A stretch of DNA of 32,000 nt from Ruminococcus albus 7 = DSM 20455 (lineage in GTDB: Bacteria > Bacillota > Clostridia > Oscillospirales > Ruminococcaceae), in assembly GCF_000179635.2 (NCBI RefSeq), contig NC_014824.1:240001-272000 (forward strand). Direction: 5' to 3'. Every line of letters starts with the position of its first letter. Within the stretch, counting starts at the first letter, position 1. The notes under the pieces were generated by a model. The model saw only the letters and a list, made by a program, of their open reading frames with translations, was not told the DNA's origin and ran no database searches. Below, piece by piece: positions 9,422 to 17,277 of this stretch. The position numbers and the translations under genes are program-made.

Positions 9422-11404
9422 TTGGCAGCATCATACGACAATAACAGTATAAGTTCTCTTAAAGGAGCTGACAGAGTAAGAAAAAGACCCGGTGTTATTT
9501 TTGGCTCTAACGGTCTTGAAGGAGCTCAGCATGCTTATTTTGAGATACTGTCCAATTCCATTGATGAAGCCAAAGATGGGTACGGCAGCAAGATCACAAC
9601 TATTCTGTATGAAGATGGTTCTATAAGCGTCCAGGATCACGGTCGAGGCATTCCACTTGAATTCAATAAAACCGAAAATCGCTATAACTGGGAGCTCGTT
9701 TACTGCGAACTTTACGCAGGAGGAAAATACGATGTTGACGGAGCTAATTATGAGTACAGTCTGGGGCTTAACGGTCTTGGAGCTTGTGCAACTCAGTATG
9801 CAAGCGAGTATTTCGATGTGGAAGTTGTCCGGGATGGCTATAAATATAACCTTCACTTTGAAAAAGGTGAGAATATAGGTGGACTTGTAAAAAAGAAATT
9901 GAAATCAAAATCAGAAACCGGTACATTCCAGAAATGGAAGCCTGATCTTGAGGTATTTACGGATACAAATATCACTTATGAATATTTGCTTGATGTAAAC
10001 AAAAAACAGGCTATGGTCAATAAGGGCATAACCTTCTGCATCATGGACCAGTCTTCTGATACAAACACTGAGTATTACTATGAAAACGGAATAATTGACT
10101 ATATAGAAGAAATTTCCGACGGTAAAAATATTTCTTCTCCGTATTATATCGAGGGCTCCGGAACAGGAAGGGATAGGGAAGACCTTAAAGAGTACAAGGT
10201 CAAAGCCGAGATCGCTTTTGCTTTCAATAACGATGTACCTACCCTTCAGTATTACCACAATTCAAGCTTTCTTGAACACGGCGGAGCTCCAGATAAAGCG
10301 GTAAAGTCAGCTTTTGTAGCTGTTTTTGATAAGATTCTCAAGCAAAGAGGAAAGTATAATAAAGGCGAGACTAAAATTAGCTTTGCTGATATAGAAGACA
10401 GTCTTATAGTCATCGTAAACAGTCTTTCGACAATGACAAGCTACGAGAATCAGACCAAAAAGGCTATAAACAATAAATTTATCCAGGATTTTCTCACCGA
10501 ACTGATCAAAGAAAGACTGGAAATATGGTTTATTGAAAATGCCGGCGATTCCAACAGGGTGATCGACCAGATACTTGCAAATAAAAGAAGCAGGGAAGCC
10601 TCCGAAAAGCAAAGAATCGCACTGAAAAGAAAACTTGTAGGCAAGAGTGATTCTTGGGACAGAGTAAAGAAATTTGTAGACTGCAAGTCTAAAGATACTT
10701 CCATAAGAGAATTATTTATTGTTGAAGGTGATTCAGCTCTCGGTTCGGTAAAGATGGGCAGAGATTCAGAATTTCAAGCAGTAATGCCTGTAAGAGGAAA
10801 GATACTTAACTGCCTGAAATCGGATATTTCAAAAATTGTCAGCAGCGATATAATAATGGATCTGATAAAAGTGCTTGGCTGCGGTATAGAAATACCGATA
10901 AAAACACCCAAGAGGGGAGTCCTCTCTTTCGATATAAACAACCTGAAATGGAATAAGATAATAATCTGTACAGATGCCGATGTTGATGGATTTCAGATAA
11001 GAACTCTGATACTGACTATGATCTACAGATTATGTCCGACTCTTATAGAAGAAGGATACGTTTATATCGCTGAAACTCCACTGTACGAAATGAGATATAA
11101 AACGAGAGCTAATGAGGAAACGTTCTTCGCTTTCGATGAAAAAGAAAAAAACAAGATAATGAAAGGAAAAGATCCTTCAAGATTCTTTATTCAGCGTTCA
11201 AAAGGACTTGGCGAAAATACTGCGGAATTTATGTGGCTCACTACGATGGATCCTAAAACAAGACGTCTTATAAGGGTTACATCTGAGGATGCAAAAAAAA
11301 TGCTTGAGTACTTTGAATTATACCTTGGAAATAATGTAGCTGCAAGAAAAAGCTACATAGAAGAAAACGGACATCTATACACTGATGATCTTGATCTCGA
11401 TTAA
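9422..11404 (+). CDS. Type IIA DNA topoisomerase, subunit B (GyrB/ParE-like)
   Basis: TTG start 8 nt after AGGAGA. Motifs: VRKRPGVIFGS, EILSNSIDEA (ATPase N-box), DHGRGIP, GLNGLGA, Toprim EGDSALGS, PVRGKILN, IICTDADVDGFQIRTLILT. Confidence 0.9.
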   Translation: MAASYDNNSISSLKGADRVRKRPGVIFGSNGLEGAQHAYFEILSNSIDEAKDGYGSKITTILYEDGSISVQDHGRGIPLEFNKTENRYNWELVYCELYAGGKYDVDGANYEYSLGLNGLGACATQYASEYFDVEVVRDGYKYNLHFEKGENIGGLVKKKLKSKSETGTFQKWKPDLEVFTDTNITYEYLLDVNKKQAMVNKGITFCIMDQSSDTNTEYYYENGIIDYIEEISDGKNISSPYYIEGSGTGRDREDLKEYKVKAEIAFAFNNDVPTLQYYHNSSFLEHGGAPDKAVKSAFVAVFDKILKQRGKYNKGETKISFADIEDSLIVIVNSLSTMTSYENQTKKAINNKFIQDFLTELIKERLEIWFIENAGDSNRVIDQILANKRSREASEKQRIALKRKLVGKSDSWDRVKKFVDCKSKDTSIRELFIVEGDSALGSVKMGRDSEFQAVMPVRGKILNCLKSDISKIVSSDIIMDLIKVLGCGIEIPIKTPKRGVLSFDINNLKWNKIIICTDADVDGFQIRTLILTMIYRLCPTLIEEGYVYIAETPLYEMRYKTRANEETFFAFDEKEKNKIMKGKDPSRFFIQRSKGLGENTAEFMWLTTMDPKTRRLIRVTSEDAKKMLEYFELYLGNNVAARKSYIEENGHLYTDDLDLD

Positions 11405-11419
11405 CAATTAGAAAGGGAA

Positions 11420-11806
11420 ATGACTATGACAAACAGAGAGAACATTCAGAGTATGAACACTAAAGATTTTTATGAAAAGCTTGACCAGGTTTTTAAGAAC
11501 CCTTTTTCGGCGTATATCGACTATGAGAAGTATTTTAACGGAGAGGACCCGGATATAAATCACTACATAAAGTGTGAATATGAAGGAACACTTCTCCCTT
11601 CTGAAGCGGATCTCATAAATTCCGACTGCTTAACGGGAATAGATGGAACTCTTAACAAAGAAAAGTATATGAAAGAACACAGCAGAAAAGTACTCGTACT
11701 TAATTCCAAAGACGATTATTATTATGGAGTACAATACGCAACTGTTGCGGATGTTCTGTTTAATAGGATCCTGAAAGTGCCGCTGAACGCTTTGAAAGCA
11801 AATTAA
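11420..11806 (+). CDS. Hypothetical protein (128 aa), co-transcribed with the topoisomerase B gene
   Basis: ORF starts 16 nt after the subunit B stop and has an AAAGGGA SD. No recognisable motif. Its last about 40 nt are duplicated at 13912-13953. Confidence 0.6.
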   Translation: MTMTNRENIQSMNTKDFYEKLDQVFKNPFSAYIDYEKYFNGEDPDINHYIKCEYEGTLLPSEADLINSDCLTGIDGTLNKEKYMKEHSRKVLVLNSKDDYYYGVQYATVADVLFNRILKVPLNALKAN

Positions 11807-11924
11807 ATCAAGTAATCCTTATTATTTTCGCTTATTTTCAAGTATAATATCATTAGATCAGATCTTGATATGTGGAGTTGAAACTACATATCAAGATCTG
11901 AATTATTTTTCAAGGAGTAGATAT
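11766..11924 (+). repeat. Module P copy A (3' end of orf128 + promoter + 5' hairpin + SD + decapitated gene start)
   Basis: Near-identical to 13912-14022 and, from about 11815 onward, to 20624-20738. -10 TATAAT at 11843-11848, SD AAGGAG at 11913-11918. ACG at 11925 aligns with the ATG at 20739 and is followed by a stop two codons later (ACG GCA TAA). Confidence 0.85.
11858..11901 (+). promoter_or_regulatory. Perfect 16-bp-arm inverted repeat at the predicted transcript 5' end
   Basis: TCAGATCTTGATATGT - GGAGTTGAAACT - ACATATCAAGATCTGA, starting about 10 nt after the -10 box. Could act as a 5' stabiliser or attenuator hairpin, or as an operator. Copies occur at 13927-14045 (2 mismatches), 20671-20715 (1 mismatch) and, diverged, at 26166-26203. 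Confidence 0.6.
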
Positions 11925-12001
11925 TACGGCATAATTCAAAGAATCAATGAACAGGTAAATGCAGCACTTCAGAAACTTATACATGGATCCGAAAGACAGA
12001 A

Positions 12002-12057
12002 ATTCATAATGAATGTTAATATTCAACGTTGACATTACAAAATGTTAATGGTATAAT
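12002..12057 (+). promoter_or_regulatory. Consensus promoter with two palindromes (ATTCATAATGAAT; CAACGTTG overlapping -35)
   Basis: TTGACA (12029-12034), 17-nt spacer, TGg-TATAAT (12049-12057). About 59 nt match 18619-18677 with about 5 mismatches. Confidence 0.7.
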
Positions 12058-12094
12058 ATATATATTATTATTATTAGGTAATGGAGGAGTATCA

Positions 12095-12541
12095 ATGCCA
12101 TTTTTGCTAGATGAATCCAACGAAATGTACAATTCTGATAATTACTATTTTTATTCCAAACATCGTTCAAAAGTAAATAAAGTTGCAAGTGTGTGGCTTA
12201 TTGATTTAAAAGAAGAGTTTTCTTTATGTGAAGATGCAATAAAAAAAAGATATCTGCAGGACGATTTTAAATCTGATAACAAAAGATTTGCATATAATTT
12301 AAAGCGAACATCAAATAAACTTGCTATTTTAGGCGAAAGCAATTCTAATGCTAAACATTATGGATTAATAATAGCAAAATTCAACAATGATATTGAAAAG
12401 AGAATATGGCATGGGTATCCAGCAGATTATATAGCTAATCAGCAAGATAAACCTAATGACAGTATACTAAAAGAAATGATAAAAAAAAATTTGATAACTC
12501 CACGTGAAATGAATAAAATTAAAAGAGGACTAAAAATATGA
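12095..12541 (+). CDS. Hypothetical protein (148 aa), first gene of the uncharacterised cassette
   Basis: The ATG at 12095 (MPFLLDES...) is preferred over the track start 12029 because GGAGG lies 7 nt upstream and 12029-12057 is the promoter. Its stop overlaps the next start (ATGA). No assignable family; contains a RIWHGYPADY string. Confidence 0.7.
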   Translation: MPFLLDESNEMYNSDNYYFYSKHRSKVNKVASVWLIDLKEEFSLCEDAIKKRYLQDDFKSDNKRFAYNLKRTSNKLAILGESNSNAKHYGLIIAKFNNDIEKRIWHGYPADYIANQQDKPNDSILKEMIKKNLITPREMNKIKRGLKI

Positions 12542-13767
12542 CAGAAGACAATGATTTTATAAAGAAAGTTATCATACCAGGCGTATATTGGGATAGTTTC
12601 ATATACAAAAAATGGCTTATTCTCATCGGTATGGATGGAACAATCAAATCATATAACTGGGAAAAAATAATTCTAGATGAAATAAGTGATTCTAATGATT
12701 CATTAGCGTATAAATGTGCCTTTCTTCAAGGCAATAATCTGTACGGCATTAATTCCCGAACTCTCATATTACAAGATAAAGAATTCAAAGATTTATTAAG
12801 ACAAAAATTCAAACGAATTAGAGATATTGAAATTTCCGCAGATAAGCTAAATAAATATGCTGCATATAAAAAAGAAGTCGTATTAAATAATCTTACAACT
12901 GATATAGGAATTTATAAAGATACGTTTTATTATTGCAATTCTGATGGTGTGTTTTGCAATGCCCTCAACCCTAGAAATGTCAATTATATGTCAAAAAACT
13001 CAAAAAAACTCTGGGATGGTAATGTTCAAAATCTTCAAGTGGGAAAATACGGTACAATAATCATGTCTGCTTCTTCGGATGGTCTATTTGATTTAACTAA
13101 TAATGATTATATTATTGATTATGATGAATACGATGAATACTATTCAAGTTTTGGTGGAAAGAAGATAGAAAAGAATATTCATCAGATAAGTTCAAAGCAT
13201 TCTTCTTATTGTTCCTGGTCATTCTCAAGTGTATTTAGTGGTTCGTTTATTGATGAGTGTTATTTGATTGCTACAAAATACGAAATCCAAAATGATTATA
13301 AAAAAAAATTAGGAATAATAAAAACTGAAAACGATATTTTTGAAACAAAAAACGAAAATTCTTATGTATTTAGCAATAATGATAAATTCTATCGTTTATC
13401 TACGCAAAAAATAGAGAAAGTTAACTTCTATGTGAAAGATATAAACGTAAATCCATTCAAAAAAAAAGAAGAAAAGAATATTACTTTTGAAGATGAAATT
13501 ATCAATTCTGCGGTTACTGACTTTGGTCTAATAGTTGAAACATCAAGGCACCTGCTTGTATTTTTAAGTAATGAAGAAGTAATTAATATTGCAGACAATG
13601 ATAACGAAGAATTTATCACATGGCGAACTTTTCCTCGTTCAAAATGTTATATTAACCAAATTCACATTGTATATAATGATCGAATAGAAATAGTGTCTAT
13701 CAACTCTGATTATTTCGTTGATCAAAATAGAAAATTTTTTGGAAATAGTTATCATGAAACAAAGTGA
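12538..13767 (+). CDS. Hypothetical protein (409 aa), second gene of the uncharacterised cassette
   Basis: Long uninterrupted ORF in very AT-rich DNA, translationally coupled to 12095-12541. Asn/Lys/Tyr-rich with no catalytic motif recognised. A repeated-beta (propeller-like) fold is only a guess. Confidence 0.75.
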   Translation: MTEDNDFIKKVIIPGVYWDSFIYKKWLILIGMDGTIKSYNWEKIILDEISDSNDSLAYKCAFLQGNNLYGINSRTLILQDKEFKDLLRQKFKRIRDIEISADKLNKYAAYKKEVVLNNLTTDIGIYKDTFYYCNSDGVFCNALNPRNVNYMSKNSKKLWDGNVQNLQVGKYGTIIMSASSDGLFDLTNNDYIIDYDEYDEYYSSFGGKKIEKNIHQISSKHSSYCSWSFSSVFSGSFIDECYLIATKYEIQNDYKKKLGIIKTENDIFETKNENSYVFSNNDKFYRLSTQKIEKVNFYVKDINVNPFKKKEEKNITFEDEIINSAVTDFGLIVETSRHLLVFLSNEEVINIADNDNEEFITWRTFPRSKCYINQIHIVYNDRIEIVSINSDYFVDQNRKFFGNSYHETK

Positions 13768-13911
13768 ATCAAAGGTATATAAAGTCTAAATAAAATTGAT
13801 TATACGTACACGACAAGATTCTCTTTTTGAAGGTAGGGCAGGTTTAACATTTTAAATCTACCTCGTTGGTGTAATACAGCAATTATTCAGGGATTGTTGG
13901 CAGAAAATAAA

Positions 13912-14053
13912 GGATCCTGAAAGTGCCGCTGAACGCTTTGAAAGCAAATTAAGTCAAGTAATTCTTATTATTTTCGCTTATTTTCAAGTATAATATCATT
14001 AGATCAGATCTTGATATGTGGATTTTTAACTATATATCAAAATCTGATTTTTT
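13912..14053 (+). repeat. Module P copy B (duplicate of orf128 3' end + promoter + degraded hairpin)
   Basis: GGATCCTGAAAGTGCCGCTGAACGCTTTGAAAGCAAATTAA... matches 11766 onward. It is interrupted after the hairpin T-tract by the IS605-type left-end relic at 14054. Confidence 0.85.
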
Positions 14054-14171
14054 ATCCTCTTTAGGCAAGAAGACTCCCAACTCTTAGGTGGGAGATGAAT
14101 TGCGTTCCTTGCTCACCGGACTTTTCACTTTGCTCATAGCATAAAATATTCAGTCGAATAAAATGGATTGG
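14054..14171 (+). mobile_element. Relic left end (LE) of the IS200/IS605-family element, copy 1
   Basis: ATCCTCTTTAGGCAAGAAGACTCCCAACTCTTAGGTGGGAG...CAGTCGAATAAAATGGA aligns with 20399-20520 and with the reverse complement of 23120-23241. Truncated on its right side, 11 bp before the IS66 insertion at 14183. Confidence 0.5.
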
Positions 14172-14246
14172 ATCGATGTTTGGTAAGCGTATAACCCCCC
14201 GCATCATAAAAGCAAACAGCCGGGCAGATAACACCCGGCTGTAACA

Positions 14247-14785
14247 TCATATTCTGGCTTTGATTTCTCCATTTCTCTTTGCGTCCATGTATATTTCTTT
14301 GAAATCAGCTTTGCTGTTCGGACCGAATATGATCGGCATAACAGATACAAGGCCATCGGAAATGATCGCATTTTTAAATGGCAGAAGCGCTGCATCAAGC
14401 AAAGTTGGCATCGGTGCATTTCTCAGCATTTCCTCCCAACTGCTGACAATGCCGTTTACAAGAAAAACAGAATTGTCATCGATCGATATAAATACCGATC
14501 CCTTTTTCAAATGTCGCTCAATGATAAATCTGCCGGTGATGCACCCTTTCCAGCTTTTAAGTATCTCCATGTGTTATTCGGGCAGATCCGATCGCTCAAG
14601 ATAATCATCAATGATCCATGTCCGTTCCCATAAAAAGTGGGCAACCTCCGCAGCATCCTGTGGGTCGATCATTCCTTGCCCGAAATAATCTTCCTCAGGA
14701 AGTATATGATATTCTCTGTTCACATAGTCAAGCAGTGGAAAAACAGTTCATAAAACAGCTTTGCATCTTCATTACTAAGTTTCAT
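14247..14785 (-). pseudogene. Degenerate passenger ORF at the 3' end of IS66
   Basis: ATG at 14785 with GGAGGG SD overlaps the tnpC stop. The reading frame MKLSNEDAKLFYELFF / LLDYVNREYHILPEE...LERSDLPE / (TAA) HMEILKSWKG... needs one frameshift (A5 run at 14739-14743) and read-through of a stop. Only the last 107 aa (14247-14570) are an open ORF. Confidence 0.35.
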
Positions 14786-16285
14786 TTTCTTCCCTCCATG
14801 GTAATAATATCGTTCCCGCAGGCTGTGAAAACAGCTCGGTCAGGTATTTCTCAGCATCAACACCGTTCGCCTGTGCAGTTGAAATGATCGAATACAGCGT
14901 TGCACTTGATCTGGCTCCGTTTGCTGTATTTGAAAACAGCCAATTTTTTCGGCCTAACGCAAACGGTCTTATTGCGTTTTCGGCTCTGTTGTTGTCGATA
15001 GGCACGTCTCCGTTTTCAAGAAACGTGTAAAGATATTTCCGTTCATTCAACGCATATCTTACTGCATCTGTCAGCTTGCCCTTACCACTGACCTGAACAT
15101 TTTCAAGCCACGCAAAAACTCGTCAAGCAAAGGCTTTACCTTCACAAGGCGCTGTTTATATCTGTATTCTGTGGAGCTGTCGGCAAGCAGATTTTCTTCG
15201 TGATATATCTTGTTGAAATATTCTACTGCCTTTGCCGCAACAGAAGTGCTGTGCAGCTTTTGGTCGTTCGGAAGAGCCTGAATAAAACCACGCCTTGCAT
15301 GAGTCATACAGCCGCATCGCTTAGCACCCTCGACTGCATTGTAGGCATCGTATCCGTCACAGATAAGATAGCCGATAAATCCTTTCAGGAAATTCGAGGC
15401 GTGCTCACCCTTTCGTGTCGGCTGATAATCGAAAATGATGATGCTCCTGTCATTCATTTTGCCGTTGCAGTAGACCCACATTCTTGATGTCGTGGTAGGC
15501 TTTCGGCCTTCCTCGTGAAGCACCTGAACGGTCGTTTCATCGGCATGGATCATCTGCCCTGCGATAAGCGTCTCATGCATTTTCTCCACAATCGGCAAAC
15601 ACCATTTTTCGGCAGCAGTGCCTACCCAATTAGACATAGTCGCTTTGAGCAGAGGTATGTTTTTGGAATTAAAGTCCTTTTCCTGACGGTGCAGAGGTAC
15701 TGACTTTGCATATTTTTCGTAGATGATATGAGCCAGAAGTTCGGGAGAGCAATAGCTTCCCGGGATCATAGCGTGAGGATATGGCGCACGGATGATATGA
15801 CAAGGTTCGTCCCTTTCTTCGGGCTTTTCTCCGCACTCGGGACACTTGTACTTATGTACTATATGCCTGCGGATATGATATTTTGGCGGCGTAAATATAA
15901 GTTCATCGTAAGCCTTTTCGGGAGTCAGTTCTTCCATTTCGGCGCCGCATATTTCGCATACCGGGTTGTCAATTTTGTGATGTTCTTCTTTTACAGGCAG
16001 ATTGTTCATCCATTCATCGTGAGTGCGTTTTTTCTTGCGCTTGTGTTCGGGAACAGTAATTGTTTCGGCAGATTTAGCTGCGGATTTTTCTTCATTGTTT
16101 CCGAACATGGAAAGCTGAACACCGAACTCCTTTTCCATAACAACAGATGTCTGCTCTGTTTTTCTTCCGAATATCTGCTTTCTGAACCACGCTAACTGCT
16201 GATTGGCAAGTGCTAGTTCTTCCTTGAGAACAGCGTTTTCATTACGGAGCGATACAATTTCCGATGTCATATTTGGTTCGGACAT
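14775..16285 (-). pseudogene. tnpC: IS66-family transposase (tnpC), disrupted by a 1-nt frameshift
   Basis: N-terminal leucine-zipper region (LRNENAVLKEELALANQQLAWFRKQIFG), CPECGEK zinc finger, DETTVQVL, ICDGYDAYN. The C-terminal block NNRAENAIRPFALGRKNWLF is in another frame (ORF 14775-15050). The shift restores ...LLDEFLAWLENVQVSGKGKLTDAVRYALNERKY at the A5/T5 run 15115-15119. Start taken at 16285 (GGAGGGG SD). Confidence 0.85.
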
Positions 16286-16377
16286 AAAGCACCCCTCCGT
16301 TCGTGATGATACTTTAATGATACCACGAAAAGAGGGGCTTTTCAAGCACATATTCTGAATATTCGGTAAGTATTGCC

Positions 16378-16734
16378 TTAATACAGCGCCCCCGGCTTTC
16401 CCTCACGGATAGCCTTCGGCTGCTCTATTTTCAAGCCTTCCAGAAGCCAGCGAATTTGCTGAGATGTGAGCATTACTGCTTCGGTCTCACTGCGCGGCCA
16501 CTGGAATCTTCCGTTGTCAAGGCGCTTGTACAACAGCAGAAAACCATCGCCCTCCCACAGCAGACCTTTGATGCGGTCACAACGTCTGCCGCAGAACAAA
16601 AACAATGCTTTCGAGAACGGGTCAAGTCGAAGCTGAGCCTGAACGATAGTCGCAAGTCCGTCTATCCCGCGTCGAAGGTCGGTGTATCCCGTAACAAGAT
16701 AGACCTGTGCGTCCGCTGCCAGATCATTCAGCAT
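16378..16734 (-). CDS. tnpB: IS66 Orf2-like accessory protein (TnpB of IS66; unrelated to IS605 TnpB)
   Basis: 118 aa. ...VYLVTGYTDLRRGIDGLATIVQ...LFLFCGRRCDRIKGLLWEGDGFLLLYKRLDNGRFQWP... is the characteristic IS66 Orf2 sequence. Confidence 0.9.
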   Translation of the reverse strand: MLNDLAADAQVYLVTGYTDLRRGIDGLATIVQAQLRLDPFSKALFLFCGRRCDRIKGLLWEGDGFLLLYKRLDNGRFQWPRSETEAVMLTSQQIRWLLEGLKIEQPKAIREGKPGALY

Positions 16735-17045
16735 AGCTCATGCACCAAAGCGGTCAGAGTGTCCGCAGATATATCTGCCGGAAGAGATATTTGAAGTCCG
16801 TTTTTCTCAATGCGGATATTTTCGTTTGAGCAAGGAACTGATACAGGAACGATGGTCGGAGAATTTTCGATATACTTTTCACGAACTTTTCTTAGGCGGT
16901 TGTAATACGTGTTTGGCTTGATCCCTTTTTCTTTGCACCATTCCCGGATCGTCAGACCGCTTGCCTGCTGTGCTTTGATCTGCGCAGACCATTCCTGAAG
17001 CTGCATTTCTTTTTTGATTGTTGTGATGGATGTTGTTTTGTCCAT
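16728..17045 (-). CDS. tnpA: IS66 Orf1 (helix-turn-helix accessory protein TnpA)
   Basis: Start chosen at 17045 (MDKTTSITT...) with AAGGAGG 7 nt upstream. HTH-like SGLTIREWCKEKGIKPNTYYNRLRK. Its stop overlaps the tnpB start. Confidence 0.8.
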   Translation of the reverse strand: MDKTTSITTIKKEMQLQEWSAQIKAQQASGLTIREWCKEKGIKPNTYYNRLRKVREKYIENSPTIVPVSVPCSNENIRIEKNGLQISLPADISADTLTALVHELC

Positions 17046-17191
17046 ACCTGTTACCTCCTTGTCTAATCGTCTCCAATGAACTCCATGGATCAATTTGGAT
17101 TATTCAATTTACTTCATGGTGTTCCTTGGAGTTTATTATACTTTATTAGACTTCGGTGGGGTAGGTGCTGGGGGTTATACGCTTACGATGT

Positions 17192-17220
17192 TTGACATCT
17201 ACAGTGAAATAATGTATAAT
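17192..17220 (+). promoter_or_regulatory. Consensus promoter TTGACA-17-TATAAT for the SUKH gene
   Basis: -35 at 17192-17197, partly inside the IS66 target duplication; -10 at 17215-17220. Followed by the hairpin CACAGGGCTCGATCCCTGTG. Confidence 0.6.
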
Positions 17221-17277
17221 AATTCTGTGTTTCACAGGGCTCGATCCCTGTGCGAATTCAAATAAGGAGCATTAAAA

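Larger units (their letters stand above)
14183..17186 (-). mobile_element. IS66-family insertion sequence (3004 bp) with 8-bp target-site duplication
   Basis: Terminal inverted repeats GTAAGCGTATAACCCCC (14183-14199) and its complement ending at 17186. Flanking direct repeat GATGTTTG at 14175-14182 and 17187-17194. Typical tnpA-tnpB-tnpC order. Visibly more GC-rich than the flanks. Confidence 0.9.

Noticed and set aside
9431-10704. Antisense and alternative-frame ORFs within the topoisomerase B gene (9431-9856, 9657-9878, 9911-10258, 10307-10612, 10450-10704)
   Set aside because: They are shadow ORFs inside a gene with unambiguous GyrB/ParE motifs.
14204-16195. Plus-strand ORFs inside IS66 (14260-14604, 14618-14887, 15200-15487, 15515-15703, 15728-16195) and minus-strand ORF 14204-14419
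   Set aside because: They are opposite to, or out of frame with, recognisable IS66 genes and have no family features.
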